43,451 nucleotides of DNA from an uncultured Planctomycetia bacterium (GCA_964543965.1 CAZJAX010000002.1:1-43451), one strand, 5' to 3'. Shown: positions 22,848 to 31,930, counted from the first letter of the stretch. Numbers and translations are program-made. The notes: generated by a model from the letters alone, not told the origin.

Positions 22848-24674
22848 ATGAAAAAGCTGCGCCCGGCTCTCCTTTTGCTGATGTGTTTTTTGTCGTGGGT
22901 TCTGCCCTCCGGCGCGGAAACCGGCAAGATCGGCCATGAAAGCGAGCCCATCGCCTGGCGCGCATGGTCAGATGACCTTTTTGAAACGGCCGCTAAAGAA
23001 AATAAGCTGGTCCTCCTCGATCTCGAAGCGGTCTGGTGCCACTGGTGCCACGTCATGGCTGATACCACGTACCGCGATCCCAGGGTCGTCGAGCTCATCA
23101 ACTCCAGATTTATCCCTGTTCGCGTCGATCAGGATGCCAACCCGGACATCTCGGTCCGCTACGAGCGGTGGGGATGGCCGGCGACGATTCTTTTTTCCGC
23201 CGACGGCACCGAGCTCGTAAAGCGCCGCGGCTACATTCCCCCCGAGGCTATGGCAGGCCTGCTTGAGGCCGTGATCAAAGACCCGACGCCGGGTCCCTCG
23301 GTGCTGCCCGAAGCGGAAGAGGCTCCGTCCGAAAACTCATCGCTTGCGCCTGAGCAGAAAAAAGCGCTGGAAGAAGAACAGGTGTCGTTTTATGACAAAG
23401 AGTTCGGAAGCTGGGGGATGAAGCTGAAGCTCATCGACCCCAACTATCTGGAATGGGCGATCATGCGGTCGCTCGACGGCGACGCGGCGCAAAGCGCGAT
23501 GGCGCGCCAGACGCTCGACCAGGCGCTCAACCTGCTCGACCCGGTGTGGGGAGGATTTTACCAGTATTCAGAAGACCGCGACTGGAAGGGTCCTCACTAT
23601 GAAAAGATCATGCCGATCCAGGCTCCGCATATCCGTCTTTACTCGCTGGGTTATCTCGTTTTTCAAGACCCGAAATATCTTGAGGCGGCGCGCAAGACGG
23701 CTGAATACGTCGAAAATTTCTGGACCGACCCCGAGGGCGGTTTTTACACGAGCCAGGACGCCGACGTCGACGTGCAGATGAAGGGTAAAGAGTTCTATTC
23801 GAAGGACGATTCGGCCCGCCGCGCGCTCGGAAAGATGCCGCGCATCGACAAGAATATTTACGCGCGCGAGAACGGCTGGATGATCTCGGCCTTGTCCGCT
23901 TTGTATGATGCGTCCGGTGAAGAAAAATATCTCGAGGCGGCCAAGAGATCGGCTGAATGGGTCCTGAAGAACCGCGCGCTCGGAGGCGGAGGGTTCCGCC
24001 ATGATGCGGAGGACCGCGCAGGTCCGTATCTCGGCGACACGCTGGCAATGGGGCAGGCGTTCATCGATCTTTACCGTTCGGACGCGGATCGGAAATGGAT
24101 CGCTCATGCGGAAGATGCGGCGCGCTTCATCGAAACAAATTTCAAGGACGCCGAAAACGCAGGCTATATCAACGCGGTGGTCCCGCCCGGCGCGAAAGGC
24201 GTTTTTGCCAAGCCTGTCAAACAGGTTGATGAAAACGCCGCGGCCGCGCGTTTCGCGAACCTGCTGTATCACAATACCGGCAAGACCGAATACCGCGCGA
24301 TCCACGAGCGCGCGATGAAATATCTCGCCTCGCCGACAGTGCTCGCGCGAGTCCATTTTCTGTGCGGTGTGCTCATCGCCGACAGCGAGATCGCCTCGGA
24401 TCCGGTGCATGCGGCCGTCATCGGCTCCAAATCCGACCGAGCGGCCAAGGCGCTTTACAGAGAAGCGCTCGCATACCCGTCCGGCTACAAGCGCGTGGAG
24501 TGGTGGGACCGGTCGGAAGGACCTCTGCCGAATCCGGACGTCGAGTATCCGGAATTCGAGAAGCCGGCCGCCTTTTTATGCGCAGACAAGGCTTGCTCGA
24601 CCCCTATTTTTTCACCGGAAAAATTCAAGCAGACGATCGCCCAAAGAATCCAGGAGGCGGCTCGATCCTCATGA
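22848..24674 (+). CDS. Secreted DUF255/YyaL-like protein: thioredoxin-fold domain plus (alpha/alpha)6-barrel (N-acylglucosamine 2-epimerase-like) domain
   Basis: Signal peptide, then KLVLLDLEAVWCHWCHVMADTTYRDPRVVELINSRFIPVRVDQDANPDI, the signature of thioredoxin_7/DUF255. The long C-terminal helical-repeat region contains GGF...D motifs. Confidence 0.75.
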   Translation: MKKLRPALLLLMCFLSWVLPSGAETGKIGHESEPIAWRAWSDDLFETAAKENKLVLLDLEAVWCHWCHVMADTTYRDPRVVELINSRFIPVRVDQDANPDISVRYERWGWPATILFSADGTELVKRRGYIPPEAMAGLLEAVIKDPTPGPSVLPEAEEAPSENSSLAPEQKKALEEEQVSFYDKEFGSWGMKLKLIDPNYLEWAIMRSLDGDAAQSAMARQTLDQALNLLDPVWGGFYQYSEDRDWKGPHYEKIMPIQAPHIRLYSLGYLVFQDPKYLEAARKTAEYVENFWTDPEGGFYTSQDADVDVQMKGKEFYSKDDSARRALGKMPRIDKNIYARENGWMISALSALYDASGEEKYLEAAKRSAEWVLKNRALGGGGFRHDAEDRAGPYLGDTLAMGQAFIDLYRSDADRKWIAHAEDAARFIETNFKDAENAGYINAVVPPGAKGVFAKPVKQVDENAAAARFANLLYHNTGKTEYRAIHERAMKYLASPTVLARVHFLCGVLIADSEIASDPVHAAVIGSKSDRAAKALYREALAYPSGYKRVEWWDRSEGPLPNPDVEYPEFEKPAAFLCADKACSTPIFSPEKFKQTIAQRIQEAARSS

Positions 24675-24787
24675 AGGAATGACCCCTGAATCGAGGTGTT
24701 AAAACAAGTTAATTTTAGAATGCTTAATTTTGCTTAATTAGACTGATTTATTATTGTATATAGTTGGCTCATGAACGTTTTTTTCTA

Positions 24788-24816
24788 TTGTTATTTATTT
24801 AACCATTAGGCATACT
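24788..24816 (+). promoter_or_regulatory. Sigma-70-like promoter of the PilZ gene (TTGTTA-N17-CATACT)
   Basis: It sits in a very AT-rich island. The -10 is embedded in the same GGCATACTTTA undecamer as the two giant-gene promoters. Confidence 0.45.
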
Positions 24817-24889
24817 TTAATTAGGTCGAATTGAGCGGATTCGTTTAAGTTCTTTATAAAGAAAAATTTTTTAAAAAGGGTACTCGGTC

Positions 24890-25231
24890 ATGGAAAATCA
24901 ACCGGTCGAAAAGAGGGCGTATCGTCGATTCAGGCGTGAGCTTGCCTGCCGGTTCAAGGATCTGGATGCGGACAGCCCGTCGCCTTACGGCGAGACGGTC
25001 ACGACCGATATTTCCGAGGGAGGAGTGCGTTTCCGCTCCGCGACCTACATACCCTCAAGCCATCGAGTCGCTGTGTCGATCGAGATCCCCAAGCACCCCA
25101 AAATCGAAGCTATCGTGAAGCCGGCCTGGAGCCACGAGCTTGAGAGCCTGGAGCAGTTCGATATGGGTTCGGCGTTTACTGTTCTTTCGCCCGCCGACCG
25201 CGCAGTTTTAAGGGATTTTATCTATTCCTGA
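24890..25231 (+). CDS. PilZ domain protein (c-di-GMP receptor type)
   Basis: RRFRR (RxxxR) at the N-terminus and DISEGGVRF (D/NxSxxG) about 30 aa later. Confidence 0.8.
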   Translation: MENQPVEKRAYRRFRRELACRFKDLDADSPSPYGETVTTDISEGGVRFRSATYIPSSHRVAVSIEIPKHPKIEAIVKPAWSHELESLEQFDMGSAFTVLSPADRAVLRDFIYS

Positions 25232-25273
25232 CATTTTTTCCTCGCGAGAGTGTCCTTTTTGGCTTCAAATTCA

Positions 25274-25302
25274 TTGAAATTCCTACCCCTGTAAGGCATA
25301 CT
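25274..25302 (+). promoter_or_regulatory. Sigma-70-like promoter of giant ORF 2 (TTGAAA-N17-CATACT)
   Basis: TTGAAA at 25274-25279 and CATACT at 25297-25302. It is paralogous to 11461-11489. Confidence 0.55.
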
Positions 25303-25355
25303 TTACGAGCCTATTTTTAATCTAACAACAAGACCTCTTCCGGTAAGGGTGATGC

Positions 25356-28300
25356 TTGGTAAAGCTGTCCCGATTTATTAAAGTCATATCCATAGTCTTA
25401 GTCATAGCCTTTTCGGCGCAGGACGCCGCTTTGGCGGCGCCGGAAATACTTGACCTTGGCGCATCATCTAAAAATGAAGTCCGCGCTCATCTCAAATGGG
25501 CTCAAAGGACGCTTCCGCCGATCCCGGCTTCCGCAGCATCCATTGATGATGCGTGGGACGCCGGCGGCGGCGAAGTGGTCCTGCTTATCCAGGACGCCCA
25601 CACCAATGAATCGGCGCAGCTTAACGAGGCTGCCCTGCTGGACGCGCTTTATGCGCGCGCAGGAGATCTATCTTCTTACGTCTATCTCGAGGCGGGAAGC
25701 GGGGACGAGTCGCTGTCGTTCCTGCGCCGTTATGCGCCGCAGGATGTGCGCCGACGCGTTGCTAAAAGCTTTCTTCTGCAGGCCAAGCTGCAGGGTACCG
25801 AATATCTGGATCTTACATCGGAATACCCGATGACGCTGTACGGCGTCGAAGACATGCAGCTTTACGCGCAGTCCGTCGCGCTCTACCGGCTCGCTGCGGC
25901 CGAAAGGCAAAAGTTTCTGCTGCATCTTGACCGGATACAGTCGACCGTCGAAGCGCTTAAACCGGACTGCCTGAACCCCATCCTTCTTTCATTCGACCGC
26001 GTTTATCAGAAACGGCAAAAAGGCGAGATCCCGCTTACGGAATATTTTCGGACGCTCGCACGTTATGCCGAGACGCTGCAGATCGCTTCTGAATACCCAC
26101 ATCTTAAACTCTTAAGAAAACTGAATGAGCTTGAAGAAAAGATCGACTTCGATAAAGCGGCGGAGGAAGAGGCGAAAGCGCTTTCATCTTTGAGCGAGGA
26201 AGAACAAGGCGAAGCGCGCCGCGCGATCAGCGAGCCGTCGCGTCTGAACGGCAAGCACCAAAGCGCATTCTTTGCGTATCTGGATGCGCGCATAAAAGAT
26301 AAAAAAGCCTACCCCATGCTGGCGCGCTATCTCGAATATTTGAGGAGCGCGGACGAGCTCAATTCCAGAGAGCTTCTCGCCGAGCAGACGCGGCTCGAAA
26401 ACGATATCTTCGGGGCGCTTACGGCCGGAGCTGACGAGGCTGCGATGCTGAAGGCCGGCCGCAGCGCAGACGCGCTTAAAAAGCTGCTGGCGCTGCAATG
26501 CTCGCCTGAGGAATATGAAGCTTACCGAAAAGACAAAGCGGACTTCGATGTGCGGGCGATCACCGGATTTTTAAACAAGAAGATCATGGACGCGGGTGAC
26601 CGCTACGACAAGGCACTTTTTCTGGAAGACGGCTATGAGGAGGCTGTGCGGCGCTGCGAGCAGTTTTACGAGCTTACGTATGCCCGCGACGAGGCGTTTC
26701 TTAAGAATATGGAGCGCGCCGGCGACGGAAAGCCGATGAAAGTCCTTGTGGCGGGCGGGTATCATGCCCCGAACCTCAAATATCTTTTAAGGAAAAAGAA
26801 TATTTCCTACATCTCCATAGCGCCTCGGGTGCTGCAGGAAACAAACCTCAGGCGTTATGAGGATATTCTGCTGGGCCGCAGCCAGCCAGGTCAGGCCGGA
26901 TTCGGGGCGCTCGCGCGTCATTCAGGAAATATGACGACAAGAACGTTTTTCAACGGAGGCCTTCCGGAGCTGGCGGCGGCTCTGGATCTGACCGAGTCTC
27001 AGACCACGGCGGCTTATGAGATCGCGGCGTCCAGGCTCGCTAATGTACGCACGGCCGGGGCGCAACCTGCAGCCGCGCGGATGGCCTCAGCGCAGAGTCC
27101 CGCTGTTTACCTTAAAAGCCGCATCCACATGAGATCCGCCTATCACATCCTGAGCGAGACGGAAATGCTGGAGAAGCTCGAGGATCTCAAAGTGTTCTTC
27201 AGGCATATCGCGCCTTCGGGGGCGCTTGAGTCAGAGCGGCACGAAATGGGCATCCTGAACTTGACGCTGCAGTCTCCCAGACTCCAAGCGGGAGCAGGGC
27301 TCGTGATCGTCGCTGAAAGCTCGACCATTCCCGAGCCGGTTCTGAATCGAATCGCCGGGTACGTCGCAGCGGTCCTCGATGCCTATGTTGACTTCAACGC
27401 TTCGGGCGCTCCCGAGGAGTCCTCGCAGATCCGTCTGGACGAGCTGCGGGTGTCATTTTTTGGGGATTTGGACGCGCTGGGTTTTGACATCGATCCGGCC
27501 GCGGGCGCGCGTCTGGCTCAAAACGATACCTCTGTTTTTCGGCGGAGAGTCTCCGGCAATATTCTGAAAGCGGGGATGCAGAACGGCGTGTTTAGCGTGA
27601 GCCTTGCGGATCTTTCTGCCTACCTGAAGGGTTCCGTCGACGGCCAGCGGTATGAAGTCCATTACGCGAACGCTTTCGCGCTTCTAAAAGATCTTGTGCC
27701 GGATCTGTCGCGCATGGGCGTGCGCCGCATCTATCTGAACGGCATGCTTTATCCGGTCAGCGAAATCTCGAAACTCATTCATACGGTTCCGCACGCCGGA
27801 GAACATTTTTTCAAGAGCGGCCGAGCGACGATTCGCGTGCACAATTATGCCACGAGCCGCACGGATATCACGCTGCCCTCGGGAGGCACGCTCGTGCTGA
27901 CGGACCGTGAAGGAAACTCCTTTTCGCCTCCGACGATGATGCGCTTCAATCCCCTCCACTCGGCAGATCCTGCTTCGGTGAGGGTCTCGGGCCTCGACCC
28001 TCAGCGCACGGAAAGTCCGGATCTCGACCGAGAGTTTGAAGAGCTCGTCAAGGCCGCGGCGGCGGCAGGGGTAGGTATCGATTTTACCGTCGATTTCATT
28101 CCCTGGTTCTCCTCAGACTCTGTGGATGAAACGAATTATAAACGGTTCTTCTACCGAGAGCTTCCCGAGCACCTGAACAGACAGTACCGCGAAACAAGCG
28201 GGGACGGCCGCAGCCTCTGGGTACAGAACCTGGTCCGCATCTCCCCGGGCTGGTTCGCTGTGGAGCTGCCGGAAGAAGGAAGCGACGACAAAGAAAAGAC

Positions 28301-31300
28301 GACGCGCGTCATTCTCGTCAAACACCTTGAGGGCACCAACGTCGATCAGGCGATCCCCAATCCGTACCACCCGGATAACAGAGCCTATTACCGCAAAGTG
28401 TTCACGCGATTTTTTAAAATGGGCGTCTACAGCTTCCGCGTTGATCTGGGGCATCTGCTTCTGAAAAAGAATACCCGAGGCTATTTCCAGGAAGTCGGCT
28501 GGCTCAACGGGCAGACGGGCGAGACGCTGGAGGCTTGGATCGGCCGGTCCGGGATGAAATATGACGCGGCGTCCAATCCTGACGGGATCAAGGACGGTGA
28601 AAGTTTCGACTCCTGGTGGAGCCGTCAAAAGGATATTTGGGACGAGACGCTGGGCATCATCCACAGGGGGACCGCGCAGACGCCGGAACTCGTTTTCGAA
28701 ACCTATTTGGACTCGGATCAAAACGAGATCCTCGCGATCACTCCGGCCGCCGTCTATTATAAAGGACTTTTTTCACGCATCACGGCCTTCCTCGCACAAA
28801 ATAAGGACGACTCCTCAGCCCAGTCGTTCCGCGAGATCATCGATTTCATGGTGGAGATGGGTCCGTTCTTATGGGGATTCCTGAGTAATTTTGACCAGAA
28901 CGCTATCGTAAATTTTCTCAAGAAGTTCGGCTGGGACGAAAAAACGCTGCACTCCTTTTTGGCTATGGCCGTCGCGGCGCAAAGCATCGGAGCCGTCATT
29001 ATGATCGACGAACCCGAGTGGTACGGTCTTTCGGGACGGCTGCTAAAGACCGCCGGCGGCAATAACCCTGCCGATTTTGAGAGCTTTCATCCCTTCATCG
29101 CGGCCGGGCGGCGCAGGGAACTGCAGGATCGCCTGGCTTTCGTGCAGGCTGATGACGGAGTGCCGCGCATCGGCGATAAACGCATGCTCACACAGAGTCC
29201 GATGGCTCAGGTGCTCGCCCAGTTCCCCAGCGGGTTCTTGGAATCCGAGATCATCGATTATAAATACCTCGACAATTCCTTCGATAAACGCTTCCTCACG
29301 TTTGCGTTCGAGACCAAAGAGCACGACTGGTACGTCGTCGCGATCGATATGAAGCCGAAGAGCAAGCGCGAATCTTCGCCGGCCAAAGAAAAAAATCTGC
29401 TTCAGGTCAAGCTGCCCGTGTCCGCTTTTCCATTGTCTGTCCCCGCGGAAGCGCTCGACTCGCAATTGAACCGCATTCCCGGAGCCGAAAATTTTGCAAC
29501 GGCTTGGGTCGGCGCAAACTCCTCCGACAGCTATCTCGTCGGCCTGAGCTACAACTGGGAGACGGGTCACTGGAGCGAAGGCGATCCAGGCCTGCCCGTA
29601 CGCGTGATAAAGATAGGCGCCGTGATCCCCAAAACGCGCGCTCCGGCCCCGGAAGAGGGCGATCTGCACGCCAGATCACTCGAAGCTTTGACAAAGTTCC
29701 GCACTCACCAGCTCTATAATTTTTTAGCGCGTGAAATAGCGGATCCCAACAGAAACGAAGAGAACCAGTCCGAAAAAAGGAAAGCGCTTCTTGCGTCCAT
29801 GCTGTATCCGGATTACTGGGTCCGCGGGTACGCCGCCAATACAGCCGCCTTCCGAGTGCGGCGCGAAGGCGCAAGACCCCAAGTCTACTTTTCTCCGGAG
29901 CTGCTGGACAGGCATTCCCGCGATCCCCTGATCTCTATCGGGCATTACGACGGATGGAATCCTGTGCAGAAATACGGCATGGCGTTCGGCGAGCTGGAGA
30001 AGCGCCATGCCCGGCGCAATAAAAGGTACGCCATCATCTGGACGATCTCGCATCTGGTCACGGAATGGTCTTCGGACGCCGAACGCATCCGTTTCCGCCG
30101 CGCTTTCCGCAACAAGCTATCCAGGCTTCTTGAGTCGCAGGCCGATGCCTGGACTCCGGAAAGGGACTTGGAGCTTCACCGCATCGCCGATGAGGGATTT
30201 GACCGCTACATGATAGGCGACCCGTCCCCGCTTAATCTGCTGGAACTCATGCGCCTAGTCCGCTTAAGAAGTTTCCGTGAAGAGAAGCTCAAAGCGGCCA
30301 ATTCCAAATACGAAGACCCCAAGGCTTGGGTCATCCGCGAGGTGAACTTTATTCTCGATGCGCAAACCGACCTGCGCCTCCGCCAGATCGTAGACAAGCC
30401 CGAGGCGTCCGCCGCGCGCCTGGCTTTTTCGTCTGAGCCGCTTGAATTCCGCAGCGCCAGGCCCCGGCGTCTCGGAATGGCGGCGTTTCTGCTCGGCGTG
30501 TATGACGGCCAAAAGAGCCGGGTCGATCGTCCCGGCAGCCGTATCGCGCTGGGCGAGGCTGTTTTTCATCTCGAGGCCCGATCCGAGCCGAAGAGGACGC
30601 GGCTGATCCTTCGTCACGGAAACAAAATTGTATACTCGATCGGAAATGTATCGAGAGCCGCCGAGATCATGAACCGGCTCTCTGCCTCCCGGATCAAGAC
30701 TTTGAAGCGCAGCGGGATGGCGTCGCTCCTCAAGGCGGCCCGGGCGAATCTGGCGGAGCTGCTGCCTCCCGCCGATCACGCCGAGGCGCTCGGCGCTGTC
30801 GAGATCGATCTTTCCCAGTTGGCGGAAAGTCTCCTGGCTGCCCGTGTTCCGCCTGAAGAGGCGCTAGAAGCCGTCAATATGCTGCTGTCCCAGGCGGCTC
30901 GACAGAGAGGCAGGTTTTTCATCAGCCATACGGACGAGGCTTATTTCAAGCAGTGGAAAGGTTTTTCGATCGATGAAGCTGTCGCGCGCGCCCGCCTCAA
31001 GAACGCTCTTATCACAACGATCCGGCCCCAGGGCCTGGCGATCGCAAAACTTCACTTCGATACGGGTGCTGAGCAGATCTCAGTCTCTCTCGGGCGGGGG
31101 GAGGTGGCGGCGCACGTGTCGGGTTTTATGAACGGCCAAGTTCCGGATTTTGCGGCGGATCTGCGTATCGCCCAGGAAGCGGCTGAGTTTTATGGAAAAC
31201 ATCTCGAAGACGGAGAGATATCCAGCGATACCGCCGCGATCGTGGCCGATCTGGAGAGATCAGCGCTTTTAAAAGCGCTCCGGTCTTTATCTGTCGACGG

Positions 31301-31457
31301 CAAGACGCTGAAAGCGGCCGCGGCTCATGAGCTGATGAGGAGCCGTCTGATGGACCGTCAGCAGCTGCGCCTCATCCTCATACGTCCGCTGCTGCAATTC
31401 TTGAGCGACCGCATGTCGGCTCTGCGTTACATGAAGCAGGCGGAGGCAGCCGCTTAA
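25356..31457 (+). CDS. Giant multidomain protein (2033 aa): N-terminal anchor, TraB/GumN-like module, small unknown module, ~965-aa module with GH13-like TIM barrel, C-terminal module
   Basis: Uninterrupted 6,102-nt ORF with a TTG start after AAGGGTGA. Its N-terminal ~540 aa align residue for residue with giant ORF 1 (KVISIVLVIAF, LL[VI]QDAHTN, YLEAGSGDES, EYPHLK, VLVAGGYH). Confidence 0.9.
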   Translation: MVKLSRFIKVISIVLVIAFSAQDAALAAPEILDLGASSKNEVRAHLKWAQRTLPPIPASAASIDDAWDAGGGEVVLLIQDAHTNESAQLNEAALLDALYARAGDLSSYVYLEAGSGDESLSFLRRYAPQDVRRRVAKSFLLQAKLQGTEYLDLTSEYPMTLYGVEDMQLYAQSVALYRLAAAERQKFLLHLDRIQSTVEALKPDCLNPILLSFDRVYQKRQKGEIPLTEYFRTLARYAETLQIASEYPHLKLLRKLNELEEKIDFDKAAEEEAKALSSLSEEEQGEARRAISEPSRLNGKHQSAFFAYLDARIKDKKAYPMLARYLEYLRSADELNSRELLAEQTRLENDIFGALTAGADEAAMLKAGRSADALKKLLALQCSPEEYEAYRKDKADFDVRAITGFLNKKIMDAGDRYDKALFLEDGYEEAVRRCEQFYELTYARDEAFLKNMERAGDGKPMKVLVAGGYHAPNLKYLLRKKNISYISIAPRVLQETNLRRYEDILLGRSQPGQAGFGALARHSGNMTTRTFFNGGLPELAAALDLTESQTTAAYEIAASRLANVRTAGAQPAAARMASAQSPAVYLKSRIHMRSAYHILSETEMLEKLEDLKVFFRHIAPSGALESERHEMGILNLTLQSPRLQAGAGLVIVAESSTIPEPVLNRIAGYVAAVLDAYVDFNASGAPEESSQIRLDELRVSFFGDLDALGFDIDPAAGARLAQNDTSVFRRRVSGNILKAGMQNGVFSVSLADLSAYLKGSVDGQRYEVHYANAFALLKDLVPDLSRMGVRRIYLNGMLYPVSEISKLIHTVPHAGEHFFKSGRATIRVHNYATSRTDITLPSGGTLVLTDREGNSFSPPTMMRFNPLHSADPASVRVSGLDPQRTESPDLDREFEELVKAAAAAGVGIDFTVDFIPWFSSDSVDETNYKRFFYRELPEHLNRQYRETSGDGRSLWVQNLVRISPGWFAVELPEEGSDDKEKTTRVILVKHLEGTNVDQAIPNPYHPDNRAYYRKVFTRFFKMGVYSFRVDLGHLLLKKNTRGYFQEVGWLNGQTGETLEAWIGRSGMKYDAASNPDGIKDGESFDSWWSRQKDIWDETLGIIHRGTAQTPELVFETYLDSDQNEILAITPAAVYYKGLFSRITAFLAQNKDDSSAQSFREIIDFMVEMGPFLWGFLSNFDQNAIVNFLKKFGWDEKTLHSFLAMAVAAQSIGAVIMIDEPEWYGLSGRLLKTAGGNNPADFESFHPFIAAGRRRELQDRLAFVQADDGVPRIGDKRMLTQSPMAQVLAQFPSGFLESEIIDYKYLDNSFDKRFLTFAFETKEHDWYVVAIDMKPKSKRESSPAKEKNLLQVKLPVSAFPLSVPAEALDSQLNRIPGAENFATAWVGANSSDSYLVGLSYNWETGHWSEGDPGLPVRVIKIGAVIPKTRAPAPEEGDLHARSLEALTKFRTHQLYNFLAREIADPNRNEENQSEKRKALLASMLYPDYWVRGYAANTAAFRVRREGARPQVYFSPELLDRHSRDPLISIGHYDGWNPVQKYGMAFGELEKRHARRNKRYAIIWTISHLVTEWSSDAERIRFRRAFRNKLSRLLESQADAWTPERDLELHRIADEGFDRYMIGDPSPLNLLELMRLVRLRSFREEKLKAANSKYEDPKAWVIREVNFILDAQTDLRLRQIVDKPEASAARLAFSSEPLEFRSARPRRLGMAAFLLGVYDGQKSRVDRPGSRIALGEAVFHLEARSEPKRTRLILRHGNKIVYSIGNVSRAAEIMNRLSASRIKTLKRSGMASLLKAARANLAELLPPADHAEALGAVEIDLSQLAESLLAARVPPEEALEAVNMLLSQAARQRGRFFISHTDEAYFKQWKGFSIDEAVARARLKNALITTIRPQGLAIAKLHFDTGAEQISVSLGRGEVAAHVSGFMNGQVPDFAADLRIAQEAAEFYGKHLEDGEISSDTAAIVADLERSALLKALRSLSVDGKTLKAAAAHELMRSRLMDRQQLRLILIRPLLQFLSDRMSALRYMKQAEAAA
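25563..26870 (+). other. N-terminal TraB/GumN/Tiki-like module of giant ORF 2
   Basis: VVLLIQDAHTNESAQLNEAALLD, YLEAGSGDESLSF and ARDEAFLKNM...MKVLVAGGYHAPNLKYLLRKKNISY. Confidence 0.4.
27700..28910 (+). other. Possible GH13-like (alpha-amylase superfamily) TIM-barrel region in giant ORF 2
   Basis: GVRRIYLNGMLYPV (beta2-like), GVYSFRVDLGHLL (resembles region II GFRxDxxxH), LVFETYLD (region III Glu) and GFLSNFDQNA (resembles region IV FxxNHD). Region I is not convincing. Confidence 0.35.
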
Positions 31458-31486
31458 GCGCCGAGCGGCCGTTTGACGCCGGGCGT

Positions 31487-31930
31487 TTGGTGTCATACAA
31501 TTATCAAATGCCCGGAAACATAAGCCCCACATCCAAGTCTGTCGTGCGCTTAGCGGTCATCGACGATGACAAGACGCTTCTCAGCGTATTTTATGAATTG
31601 CTGCGCAATTCCGGATATCACGCCCACTTTTTCTCAAAACCAGCCGTAGCGCTCAGCGAGATCACCGCGGTCAAAGGGCATTATCATTTAGTCATGACGG
31701 ATTTCAACATGCCTCTGATGAACGGGCTCGAATTTGCGCGCAAGCTGAGAGAGTCGGAGCCCGAGCTGCCGATCATTTTTATGAGCGGGGAGGTCTTTTC
31801 GGACGAGGTCGTTGACGAGCTGCACCGGCTTGGCCGCGTGACCCTTCTCAATAAGCCGTTCGGTCTCGAAGAGACGCTGAAGGAACTCATCCCTAAAGCC
31901 CTGAGGGGCGGAGATTTAAAAAAGCCTTAA
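31487..31930 (+). CDS. Stand-alone response-regulator receiver (CheY-like) protein
   Basis: LAVIDDD, VMTDFNMPLMNG (phospho-acceptor Asp), IIFMSG and NKPF. The start is uncertain: TTG 31487 or ATG 31508. Confidence 0.8.
   Translation: MVSYNYQMPGNISPTSKSVVRLAVIDDDKTLLSVFYELLRNSGYHAHFFSKPAVALSEITAVKGHYHLVMTDFNMPLMNGLEFARKLRESEPELPIIFMSGEVFSDEVVDELHRLGRVTLLNKPFGLEETLKELIPKALRGGDLKKP

Noticed and set aside
23568-24410. 280-aa minus-strand ORF inside the DUF255 gene
   Set aside because: It is an antisense shadow ORF. The plus frame carries the CxxC thioredoxin signature and a signal peptide.
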